A stretch of DNA of 61,036 nt, filler included, from Sphacelaria rigidula (taxonomy: Eukaryota), in NCBI GenBank assembly GCA_964200075.2. It is 7 parts of 7 records of this genome, joined end to end, with 100 filler letters (N's around TTAATTAATTAA, not from the genome) between each part and the next. Parts side by side here need not be neighbours in the genome. Positions count along the whole stretch, not along the records: positions 43,671 to 52,303 come from CAXNAA020010537.1; positions 52,404 to 61,036 come from CAXNAA020010538.1; 5 more parts are not named here. One strand, 5' to 3'. Below are positions 49,332 to 61,036 of this stretch, in pieces. The position numbers and the translations under genes were made by a program. Below the pieces are notes generated by a model that worked only from the letters and a program-made list of their open reading frames with translations, was not told the origin of the DNA and made no database searches. Every line of letters begins with the position of its first letter. Within the stretch, counting starts at the first letter, position 1.

Positions 49332-50594
49332 TATTACTATGAGAGAAGCCGGCAGGCATGGCATATGTAATCCGAGACAGAGTGTGTGCATAGGTTATAT
49401 ATTCTCACTCGGTGTAAGGGTACGGCGCGTGTCGGAACGCGACGTGGACTTGGTCTGGGCATGCTCTGCAGACCAGAGCTTGGGGCAAGGACAGGACTGA
49501 GACGATGAGGCATCGGGACGGACGCCCTGAGAGGACCATGACCATAGCCCAGACTGAGGATTGGAGGATGACTGTTCCGGGATGACGGTCCGGGTTGACG
49601 TGATGCCCTCATTGAGGAGCATGACCATAGCTCGGACTGAAGATTGGAGTATGACTGTTCCGGGGATGACAGGCCCTGGGCGACGGTCCGGGTTGACGTG
49701 CTCGGGGTTATCCGTAAGCGGCTCGGGTCATACAGAGGTCATAATTACATTAAGCAGACGATCCTCGACAGTTGGGTTGAACACAAAAATGAGGTTCAAG
49801 TGGCATAACTAAAATGCAGGTTTTGCGCCAGTCATGCCAAGGGAAAGCATATCCACAACAAACATTTCTGTAGCAGATAAGCATATGTGGCTAGGTACAC
49901 CACCGAATGAGGGCGGTGTACACGCGCGTCGATGACGATACCACCGGAGGAGCAAAGGCGAAGAGGAAGCTCCTCGCCCGTGTCCTTTGCGTGTTCTCGT
50001 TCGGCGATTCCCAATCGCTGGAGAGATTAGCATCATGTTACCAGCACATTCCCAATTTGCTATATGCCGGCAGGCGGTTTATTGCTGCACAGCTCCCCAG
50101 AGGAAGATCGAGGTGCCGAGGGGTGTCGCATCTTGACTGATACAGTCTTCTCTTGTCCGTGGCGCAGACCAATGCAAAGATCGAATCCTCTCTGCCTCTC
50201 TTCTTGGACAGGACCCGCCTCTGTGCGCTGCAGAACACGTCGTCGAAAAGCAGGGCGATGTTCCCGTCATCGCTACTGTTCTCTCACACACACATGCGAG
50301 CAAGGACGGTGTTGCGACACTAGGAAGATCCAGACGCAACTTGAGGGGTGTTGTGGTCATCGTTGATTCTACCCGACCTCTCTGCACCTGTGTGTTCACA
50401 ACAAGGACAAGTCTGCCATGCACCAGTTTGGGGGATGTATGAGAGATCGAACCCTCGTGGAGACGTTCTGGGTATGTGGAGTGGCAAAAAATACCTCCGG
50501 CGGTGTCCTACCTGTTGCTGGCGTGACCCATATGAGGGCTGCCACCCTGCCATCTGAACTTTCCTGATGTAGAACCGGTCGGGTGCTCAGCAGC

Positions 50595-50595
<1 letters not shown>

Positions 50596-50635
<40 letters not shown>
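50596..50635. repeat. (TG)n microsatellite
   Basis: Directly visible. Confidence 0.95.
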
Positions 50636-50637
<2 letters not shown>

Positions 50638-50887
50638 GCAAGGGCAAAAACTCGCCATGTGAGGACGTCCTGAGCTGAGGCGAGGTAGGGCTATGGTTTT
50701 TCCAGGAACACGGGTGCTTTATGATCAACCACTTGCCGTTGCATTTGTGACCCACGCCGTCAAGCGCCGACCGCAAAGGTCTTGCCTAAGAATAGCTTCC
50801 GAGCAGAGTAGTCAGCATTACGTCAAACAAGCCCGGACATAGCTTTGGTTGCTCTACTTGTGCTGACTGCCTGTACAACAACCGTCC

Positions 50888-52183
50888 ATGGTCAAGACGG
50901 GCCGTATTCTCGCGGAGGATGACGGCCTCACGCACATCGGTTGCGCCTGCCACCGCCTCGAGTCAGTCACATCCAAAGCATTCAACGGACCGGGCGTATT
51001 GAAGGCCTTGGCTCTTGCGCGCGGCTTGGTGGCTCGCTACACGATGTCTAGCCAGGCCTCTGATCGCTTGAAGCAGATGTGCGACCTATGCGAAATCACC
51101 AGCGTGAAGCCTATTCAAGATGTCGTCACGAGGTTTTGGTCTATGCACGCGTTCGTCGTCCGCCTTCTCTACCTTCACCGTGCCATCGCCGAGCACGAGA
51201 GGATCGACCGCATTTCCCCCATGCTGCAGAAAAAGGACTGGGAGGTGCTTGTGTTGATGGAGCCGCTGCTGAAGCCATTCATGGAGGCGCAGAAACACCT
51301 GGAGGCCTCCAAGGCCGTGACGGGAAGCTTGGTGATCGGGTACATCGCCGACCTGCGCGACGATCTCGACGCGGAGATCATCAAGCTGAAGAGCACCTCC
51401 TGTGCTGCTGCCGGCACGGTCAAGGCCAGCGCAAAGGCCGATATCGTGCTTTGCGCTGAGGCGCTCAAGGCCGATTTCGACCATCGTTGGGGCGACGGCA
51501 ATGACGTGCTCACCAAGAGTGAGGGTCCTCGTCGGCAACTCAAGGCATTCAAGAAATTGCAAGTGCTGTCCACCGCGATGGACCCCCGTAGCAAGAGCCT
51601 GTACGGCATCGATGAAGTGGAGCATCCGGAGGTGTGGGATGCGGTGGTCGCCGCGGCTGTCGAGATTGGACTGGCGAACGAAACGGCGGAGAGCGCTCCA
51701 ACTGATGGCGGTGATGGATCCGGCTCTCCGAGTGCCGTTTACTCCGCTCCCTGTCCGCGTCGCCGTGGTTTCGCAGCAGCAGCTGCAGCCCACGCGCAAG
51801 TGAGCGGTGCCGTGGCCGGACCCTGGAATTCAACACGTCAATTGAAGAGCATCGTCCACCGAGAGTTGGAGGCTTTCAAGACAACGCCTGGGGTAGACAT
51901 GTCGAGCTATGACAAGGACGGCAAGCTGGTTCTCGGGGACTCACTGCAGTGATGGCATGTAAACGCGCGGGAATACCCCATGCTGGCCGCACTGGCTCGC
52001 CAGGTGTTGTGCATTCCCGCGTCCCAAGCGCAGTCGGAACGTGTGTTTTCGGCAGCGGGCCAAATCGCAACGCCGACACGTTCTCGGCTCGACCCCGAAA
52101 ACGTAGAGCTCATGGTATTCCTTCGCACTGTCCTGCCCGAGGTAGACAAGTGGAATGGGAAGGGGAAGAAGAGGAAAGCCTAG
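50888..52183 (+). pseudogene. hAT-superfamily transposase, C-terminal part with one in-frame TGA
   Basis: CACHRL (CxxH), QDVVTRFWS, MDPR, and the hAT dimerisation domain YPMLAALARQVLCIPASQAQSERVFSAAG..RSRLDPENVE; ORFs 50888 and 51980 are in the same frame, separated by TGA at 51950-51952. Confidence 0.92.
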
Positions 52184-52303
52184 GAAGCGGCAGCATTGGG
52201 ACTTGCTCGCGTACGATAGGCTTTGATTTAGGCAGTGAACAATTGGTGTAAGGCGCGAAGCGAAGACGTGGACGTGACATTAGTAACAGTAGCATCCTGC
52301 TAT

Positions 52304-52403
52304 NNNNNNNNNNNNNNNNNNNNNNNNNNNNNNNNNNNNNNNNNNNNTTAATTAATTAANNNNNNNNNNNNNNNNNNNNNNNNNNNNNNNNNNNNNNNNN
52401 NNN
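52304..52403. other. Artificial contig linker
   Basis: N44-TTAATTAATTAA-N44. Confidence 0.98.
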
Positions 52404-54743
52404 TTTTGGGTAATCAGGCCGAAGAAATCGTGAATTTGGTGATTTTGAGTCGTGATGATTTGTCCTCACCGTGAAAACTCGAATTTTCGATCTGGGGGGT
52501 TCTACGTATATCCCGAAATATGTTCTTGACAGACCCTTGGAATAACAGTAAATACTGCCGCCACACGTCTTGGACACTTTTTTTTAATCACCACCGTGAG
52601 GAGTCTAGGCCCCTTTTTTCCCGGTTCGCTTGGCTTCGGGGTTTCGAGCATGGCACCTAAGCAAAAATACAGCTGGAACAAAAAATAAGAGAGTACCCTG
52701 AGAAATGGCGTTGGAAAAAAAAGAGTCTCAACCCCTCAGCTTAGTGCTTCCCGTACACTTCTAGGAGTAATTATGCCGAATATTTTTCTTGTCAGCCTTA
52801 TGCCCCTCGATCGCGTAGAAACTGTTTCAGCGCCTTTTCCCGACAATTTATTCAACCCTTAGAGTGCGAGAGTAGGTCACCTGCTGAATCGGCGTCAACA
52901 TTCACTTGAAAAGAGTACGCGTGGTCGAGACGGACTACCCGCACCGCGGTCTAAGGGTTAAGCTCACAGGGCTGAGCGAAAGCGTCATTTTACGTTGATT
53001 TTGAAGTCATGATTTTTTTAGGAATTTAATGCTTTCGCTCACCGCTGTGGGCTTACATATAGTTGATGAAAGGCACTATAATAATTTTTACGCGATCGAG
53101 GGGCATTAGACCATCTTGTATGGGAACTAATCCGTATAAGAACAAATATGAGGATTTCAGCCCGTCTACAGCCGATTTTCTCGAGTGGATGAATTGTTCG
53201 AACCCCAGACCGTTGGGCAACGTTTTTCGCCTAGCTCTGAGGAAACCAGATCATTTCTCCGATTCTGTGGACGTTGGGTTGACTCATTTTCTTGTTCCAC
53301 CTCATCTCTCAGGATCCTCTCTCAAAGGCGATGTCTGCGAATTATTTGACTCAGACAGTAATGGCAGGGGTTGTCCCACCGCCACACGGTACCGTTGGCT
53401 TTGTAGAAACGCTCCTTCAATGATGAGCACCGCGCGACGTCGAAAGTTATGTCTGCCCTGCACTAGTAAGCCACGAAAATCATCATTGTAACTATGTGCT
53501 CGCCGCTGTACATTTGAAACACTAGCAGCGTATCACCGAGGGTAGGGACGATTCAGCAGTTTAAGAACCGCCCGCACGCTAAGCGCTGGGTCCAGCAGTA
53601 AATTCCAACAATATATTGTATGGTGAAATAAAAACGGGAGGTCGACACCTGGTCTGACGAACTACACTGGTTGACTGGTGGGCACACTTACCACCAGTTC
53701 GACTGTCAATAAGTTGAACTGGGGATACTGAAAGTGGGGGCAATGCTGTCCCGTGACTCCACCGGCATTATCTGGAAAGGCATGGCATTCCCCTCCGGCT
53801 TGTGAGGGAAACCATCGGAGGCCCGAAAAAAAGGCCACCTATCTAGCTTACATTCATCTCTTCAACATCATGTTGAACGCTAGTCAAGCAAATGCATGTT
53901 AACCAGCACTTGATAAGTACACAATCGATGCTTCACAAATGCATATCCTTAAACTTCGTCACTTGAGTCGAAGAAGTATCCCGGAGGAACTGCACTGTAG
54001 CGGTCCGCTTGTTCGCTCCATTTGGCTTCATTTTTCAGTGTGACCTGGTTCGCCGCGAAATTGAACAGAGGCGTCATTCTACGAAAAAAAATCGTTCTCT
54101 ATTCGAGGCACACTGTCCAGCGCCCACGTTCCGAGAGACTTATGCATCGCTGTACTCGTACTCGTACTCTTACAGTTTCACTCTCTGCACTCCTCGTGTT
54201 CCTCAAGGTCGGTCCCTGCCTACGACACAACTACCTGCGGCATCGTGAAATTTGGCCACTTTCAAGTGTGGCATGTGTACGTTGCTGCTGCTGACACCTC
54301 CTTGATGTATGCAACCTTGCTGTTTTCTTGGAGATACGTGTGCTGTCTTGTCATCTGTACAGCTGTACACTACATCCCGTGTGTGTTCGAGTACGACAAT
54401 CCATCAGGTATACTCATGGTATATGTGTGGTATGTAGGAAGAATGACTTGAAGTATTGCACATGTTGAACAAATAGTCGGCAAACTGGTAGCGCTGCCAA
54501 GCAGTTATGCAGTCAATTGAAACTGGTCGGTTGTGCCGGCAGCCAGTTCTCAACCTCATAAAAACAAGAGTCAGGACAGCCACAGCCACGGGTCACAACC
54601 AGAGTGTCACAGCATGTGCCCCGAATTCACCGTGCCGTGTGTACAAAACCTTACCGACCCAAGACAACACACCTCAAGAAGAGAAGATGATTCGATAAAT
54701 CGGTCTACATGTGCGTCGACCACTTTCAACACATGGAAACCAA

Positions 54744-57301
54744 TTACTTTTTCTTTGGGTCAACGGGTATGTCGACAACGTCAAGTTCGTCGGGTGGCGC
54801 CTGCGATGCAAACACAAGTGAAAATAAACCATAAGATGCTGCGCCTTGCAGCATGGCTTGCGGTCCCTTGCCCAAGTTCAAGAATGCTCCGGCCCCGCAT
54901 GCTCCAAATACTTGGTCCCATTTGTCATTCCTTTAGATCATGCAAAGAGCGAATGTGGCAGAGTAGGCAACAATGAGATGTTGCCGAAAAAGTACTGGCA
55001 CGGGGGACCAATGGAATAACGGGACTGTTGACCGTCCTTCATTTGCAGAAACTACGCATGGCTTCTGCGGACTACGCATAGTTTCTGCAGACGACAAAAT
55101 ATGACACATATGACGAAAAAATATATCTCCACCAGAGTACATGATTTACGCATGCAAATGTGTACGTGTGTGATGGCGTTTCCTTCATTGTCTCACATGT
55201 CTCACATGTCTCACATGTCTCATATGTCTCACATCACGTATCCGCTACGAGTGCAGTCGTGGTCAGGAAATGAACGCACCCGATGCAAGTAACTGGAAAT
55301 ACCCGCTGAACGACACTTGTATGTGATGGCACGAACCCGTGTGCCCAACTCACCGACCAACCCTGGCAAATGAGTTGTACATTGTAGGGATCAGCAAAGA
55401 GATCATGGTGGCGAAGGGTACACCAGTCACAGCAAATTGTTCATTCGCGTTGACATCTTGGGGTCGGTCGAATCACGTGCAACACCAATAACCAAACACG
55501 ACTCGAGCCCTCACGAACACCCTGATGTGGGCATTCCCTGGGTTACAAAAGAAAAATATAAACCGGGACTATGCCCATGTCTTGCACGACCGCGAACCAC
55601 GTTGGTGTAATGAAGATTATTTCCCACCCTCAACTTTGCACGATAAACTCAGCTCAAGGCACAAACTCCTCGACACATATCTCGAAGCAACGTGGTCTGC
55701 GCGGAATCGTACCTCCCCCTCACGACCGTGGAGAGCTGCGTGAAGCCCGTGAAGGCAGCCGTCAGTTTCCCCCAGTCACCGGCAAACTGACCGCCTTTTG
55801 TTTTGACGCTTGTTAACAAGGACACGTCTGGCACCTTCGAAAAGGTTGCCCCTGCGACCACTCCCACGATACCCCTGACATACGCAGGAACAAGTGGTGC
55901 GCGGCATTCAAGGACACGCGCGAACATATTATGTCAGATTGTGCAAGGAGTGACACAACACGTAGTGCTGGATATCTCCGTGAGTTTCGCTCACTCCAAT
56001 CATTATCGAAGCTGCAAAAACTTTCGAAAAATACGCCGTGCCATGCGTTTGTAGGGTGTTCTTCGCGGGGACTCGATATCCACGTCCCGGTATGAAGTAT
56101 ACAACACGATTCTACATTAGATTCGTGATATACGTCCACAATGCTCAGCTTGCGTTTGTCAGGGTGTGGAATAGTAGCTTGTGTTCCTAGCGCACTAGCC
56201 TGTCATGCACAGCCTACATTTTCAGTTGTTCACTGATATACCGGTATCAACTGAGAGAGGTGAAGGGAGACATGACACCACCAATAGTGTGTACGCGATA
56301 GTAGCCTGCCATCATCATACAGAACTGACCCGCTGCTGAGAAACATGGAGAAATGAAAGATATGCTTATTTGAAAAAAGAAACTGTGCGTAAGTAGAGGG
56401 CCTTAAAATCTATCACAAGATAGGAAATAAGCTTGCGGACTTTTACCTCAAAAACGAAACGGGAAGGTAATAGAAACAGCTAGAAGCGAGTACAGCGTCA
56501 AGACATCAACCCTTGGCCCAATTTCATGGTTCTCGAGAGCGGGCCGGTTTTGCGCGCCTAAATCTTCAGAGGGGTTTCGTGTTTCGGGTCGGGTATTGAT
56601 GCTGGCTACAACACGTGATAAATACAAAGGTTACACGGTCTTCTGGCATATACTTTGTCGATTTTGAACCCTCAAGCGCTCAGCGCTGGGCCGTTCTATG
56701 AAAAAGATTGGATCTATATTTCTCGGACCAGCATTTTGTATGCTCATCGCTGGCTTGGCAAGTACGCCCCGTCATTTCTGTTGCGCCACTGCAAACTAGA
56801 GCTGTCAGCAGTCGTAAAGTGTCATCATCAGCGATTCATGCCCAGCCCAACCAACACTTCCACCAAAGGAACCCGCACTCCGAAAAACAACCTTGGACAA
56901 CAGATGCCTCGTTCTGCTCGCAACGGAACACATGCTATCTACGGTGCGGTGTCGCGTTCGTCACAAAACCACTCGTGCTATAGAAATAGTCGAACGGCGA
57001 CAGGAACCAAGCATGCAAAAAAAATATGCCGGTTCTCGACAACGCTGCCGAGCCTGAACCAAACGCAACGAACGTGGGCTGTCTTATCACGCTATCTCAA
57101 AGTACCGACAGCACATGCCTCGAGTCAGTAAACGTCTTTCCTGTCACGGTGCACGGTGCTTACCCGAGGACGCAGCCACTCAAGAAGCTCGAAGCGGTCG
57201 CCATCACACCCTCGAGAATATTCTCCGCCACGCCGGACACCGTTCGTCCCGTTTGAAGGTGCGACGTCGTGGGGGCCACAGCAGTTGCAGTCACCAGTGG
57301 T
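54744..57301 (-). CDS. Last three exons (57164-57301, 55713-55874, 54744-54930) of a Tim17/Tim22/Tim23-family membrane protein
   Basis: All junctions phase 2 and GT-AG; product ..VMATASSFLSGCVLG|GIVGVVAGATF..GGQFAGDWGKLTAAFTGFTQLSTVVRGR|NDKWDQVFGACGAGAFLNLGKGPQAMLQGAASYGLFSLVF..KKK* has the family's Gly-rich TM segments and RG..D.W motif. Confidence 0.8.
55188..55233. repeat. 9-bp tandem repeat (TGTCTCACA)x5 in an intron
   Basis: Directly visible. Confidence 0.85.
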
Positions 57302-59433
57302 CTGATACAAAACAACGCAGCGGTCTCTTGTTACGAACTGTTGAATACTCAAAGAAGTAAACCGATCTCGACACACCGGACCCTCATGTATTTGGCAACG
57401 CCCCTGTGAGGGAAGTGCAGAGACCAGGGGGGAGTTATTCGCATGGGAACCATGGCGTTCTTGACGGGATCAAATACTCAGCGTACGGCCCTGACCCACG
57501 CGGAGTGGTCGAATCTGTTGATCGGTTCAGTCTACCGCGGCACGATTGAATTATCTCCAAGGGCGGGTCCTCGAAATGACATCTTGTTAAGCTGCCGCTG
57601 TCATCTCCCATCACGGCTTGTAGATATCGCTCACCACAAAAATAACTTGAGCGGGAATATTTCATCTACAGTTGAAGTAATTTTCAGTTAATCCTACCGG
57701 CACAAGACTACGCAATTGTTCGATTATGGGTAGTGGAGCTAGTGAGAGGAGACAGACGGACATTGACGCAAGCACAGCACATGTTGCACAAAACATGTTT
57801 TTCGGCAAAACACAACCCACACGATGGATGGTGACCATGAAGCCGTTGTGGGACACGCACTTCTGTATTATCCATCACGCATACGAACAGTCATGCAGTT
57901 TGACAAAAGGGCATCCTTGACTATCCCTGGAGCACTCAACTCAGCCGGACTTGAGCCCGACGGGATTTGGAGTGTTTCAATCATCTTGTTTACAAACGGA
58001 AACACAAACGCTCACGTAGACACTGGGGTTTGGGCTGAAAGGTCCGGTGCCATGCATTTCCTTCTGTATGGAATCACCCGAGAAGTTCCTTTCGACACAA
58101 AGGGCTTTCCTCTGGAACTAGATATTGGCCGATGTGGTGCCACTCCGTATCCTTTCTGTAAGCTAGTCATCGACGATATTTGCCACACTTTCCGTCCTGG
58201 ATAGCCCAGATGCTCAACGCACAGTACCGGAATTTCGCTGTGTGTGTGATTAGTTTGATTGATTCATCGTCGCAATTTTACTCATGCCCGAGGGGCCTCA
58301 TCTAGCTTTGATCACAACATATCACAAGATGTGAGGAACACGATATGTCACTAGCTCCACGTTCTGTACCGTTAAAACTAGTGAATTTGATGCATAATCT
58401 GGCGTACCAACAGTTGGGATTGGGGAGTCATCAAGCACAAGGCCGCGTAGACCAAGATCGCATTTTGCTGGAAAGCTCTCGCCCCTTGCAACAGAACGTG
58501 CAGGGCAAGCTGTGCTTCATCGCCACTTTGCAACGAGTTCTGGACTCAACATATGGAAGTTGTGTTGCACCTGAGAAATCTTGTCGGCGGATTCGTCGTT
58601 ACCTGAGTCTATATGGACTTCGTTCATAAATTCAGCGGCTAGAGTACGACAATTTGCGTGAGCTGCTGGGGGCAATGCACATTACTTTCTTTTCATCCTT
58701 TGCAGGAAATATGAATTCGACAGACAATTTGTGTCAGAAAACAATTGTCATAAGCAGCATCCCTTCGTGTTGTTTCTGTATTTACAAAAACGGGTTAGCT
58801 GCCTTGAGAGCGAGAGCAACAGCAGCAGCAAGGGAGTCACTCGCTGTTGATGGTGACAAACCCACTAAGTAATTAATCACACTGGTGCGTGCTTGTTATG
58901 TGCGATTACTTGAGAGTATGTTGTGTGCACAGCTAGCTGCTGAATATTTCTGACTTGACCCACAAGAAGCCACGCTGTACCTTTCTCAATTCATGATCCG
59001 AAATGCTCCTCTTTTCACTCGTCACCACCTCGCTGGATGGGTACCCGAAAGAGCTATCGATGTATTTCATCAACCAAGCTAGTTTTTTTTTCAATCAAAC
59101 ACATATAAGCGTCCACGGCAACAACCCTCAACCATCAATCCGAAACCACACTGGGATTCATGCCAAATGAACTAAGCGTTGGGCGATATGTACACATGAT
59201 TCGTCCCGGGTGAAGTAAAGGAGATAATTGTGTGCCCGTGATTTACCCCGTATGAAGGGAAGGTAGAAAACATGTACCTTCCACGGTGTACCGCACGAAT
59301 CACGAACTCAAAACATATACAAATAACAAATGATGTACGAATCGTATGATTTATTCGTTCAAATGATGAACACGAGTTGAATCACGATTTGATTTGTCCG
59401 AACCGTGAAAAAAATCATAACCTCACAAGCGCT

Positions 59434-59748
59434 GCCGCCGCGCCCCGGTGGTGTAATGGTCCGACTGTCGCCATCAGGATGGAGAGAACGAGGGTTTCAT
59501 TCCCGATGCGTTAGGGTTCTTCGTAGTATCTGATTTCCACCGTGGGAAGTGTCAGAATGTGAGTAAACAAAGTAGTTGACTGAGTTTGTTTGACGTGAGT
59601 TGACGCGGTGCGGGAGTGCTGATAGTCATGACCCGATCCGCGAGACCAAAATGCGAGGCGTGCACCGGGGAGACATGGGTTGATCCCTTGAAACCACGGA
59701 CTCGGTCCGAGGAAGGGGAGGGATTCAAAGTGCGACGAAAAAAAAAAA
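59434..59748 (+). mobile_element. tRNA-derived SINE, full-length with poly-A
   Basis: GCCCCGGTGGTGTAATGGTCC head, family body, AAAGTGCGACG-A11 tail. Confidence 0.82.
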
Positions 59749-61036
59749 GGACCGACGGTTGAATCCAACCCGAGTTTTGCGCCTGGGCATTTTTTTTTGT
59801 CTCATGTGTCAGCCTCGGGGGTTGCACGGTTGGATTCGTGGCGGATTAGTTCATGTTCATGTTGATGTGCGATAATCAAACCAATCAATCGTGTCGTGAA
59901 ACACACACACTTGGACGCACTATGCTATGTCTTGCGAGATGTGGAATCTTCGTGTGTCACCGCACGTGCAAAATTACAGCGTGGATATCTTTGGTCGTGT
60001 TTCTGAACGCCAAATGGAAACAAACTGCCGGCTTGCCGGCTTTGAAACCCTGCGCTTTGCCGCGGCATCACATTGTGCGCTGTGGTACTGTGAATAATTG
60101 TCCTTTTGAAGCATAGCTGCAGAGTGTGTTCGTAAGTGGATACCAGCAGCGACGTGGTTTAGCTACTTCCCGCGGGCTAAGACACGACCGCGTTTGGATT
60201 CGGGTGTGGGGGTGGGTATAGAAACATGATGTCAAACAGACGCAACTATGCAGTATGCACCCTAGATCGCGCGACTGACAACGCCTGGAGAGATGACCGG
60301 TTAAAGGGGATAAAAGCTCACTCACCTTCCAGCATGTCTCACTGCTCTCCCGGAACGACCAGTCAGCTGTTTGTGTGAACGAAAGCCCCATACTGGTTGC
60401 TGCCCTGCCGCATGACACCTGTTGCGGCCAGCAGTCACAGATACCACCCTTCATCTCATCATGGATGATGCCAAACATATCGGGGATTTTCATCACGTAT
60501 ACGGTGTACGCAGTCTCCAAGGACTCTCCAACCATGAGGCGGTAACGTCTGTTGTTGTTGTTGTTGTCTTCACATTAAAAACCGTTCCGATATCTGCGCG
60601 GTACATTCGTACTGGCCATCTGATGCGCACGCCTTCCGTTGTCACAGGCTAGCAAAAATACTGAAAACGAAATAGACCCAGATGAAGACTCACAAAACGC
60701 GATACAAGCAAAACAGGAAGAAAGAAGAAAGAAGAAAGGGAGTACATATGGCTGACCTCAGAAGATCCGGTGCCGCAGGTGGCCATTCGGACTTCAGGGG
60801 GTAGCACTCGGTACTCCAACTCAACGCGCGACAAGTAGAAATGAACACAGGGTCCGACTACGGGCGAGACTCAAGGCCCCAAATACCGCCAACCAAAGAA
60901 CTAAAGGAACTAAGAATCGCAACGTTCCATCTTGCGGCCTCTCGAGGGACGGCCATACGTACAAGCATACCAGGTGTATCAAGACAAGAACTGCATGACA
61001 TAACGACACCCCTCATCGGGGGGGTACACCCCCCAC

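Noticed and set aside
57400-58870. Degenerate plus-strand gene
   Set aside because: Frames contain stops and no motif I can identify; the region probably lies in introns of the minus-strand Tim17-family gene
59441-59515. tRNA gene
   Set aside because: A/B-box-like motifs are present but I cannot fold a canonical cloverleaf, and the head is joined to a repeated body with a poly-A tail, i.e. a SINE

Overview
Eukaryotic DNA, most likely a brown alga (Phaeophyceae, Ectocarpus-like). This is inferred from short GT-AG exons in long repeat-rich introns, 126-nt one-repeat-per-exon TPR cassettes and TTAGGG-type repeats. The window is not one locus: it is seven contigs of 8633-8634 bp joined by artificial 100-bp linkers (N44-TTAATTAATTAA-N44), so adjacency across linkers means nothing. 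Intron-split host genes read by hand, most only partly visible in the ORF track: an ABC_ATPase/COG3044-family ATPase (contig 1), a calpain domain III-like exon (contig 2), a coiled-coil protein (contig 3), three TPR exons (contig 5), an ascorbate/cytochrome c peroxidase (contig 6) and a Tim17/22/23-family protein (contig 7). Mobile DNA dominates: two decayed chromodomain-bearing Ty3/Gypsy elements, a third nested LTR element, a LINE RT, a hAT transposase with one nonsense codon, MITEs of several superfamilies, a tRNA-derived SINE, an (AATC)n-tailed retroposon, two long fold-back repeats and a 44-bp minisatellite. The best candidate for an interesting system is the duplicated TPR exon+intron cassette. 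Its amino-acid changes cluster in a few codons, as expected for brown-algal exon-shuffling candidate immune receptors.
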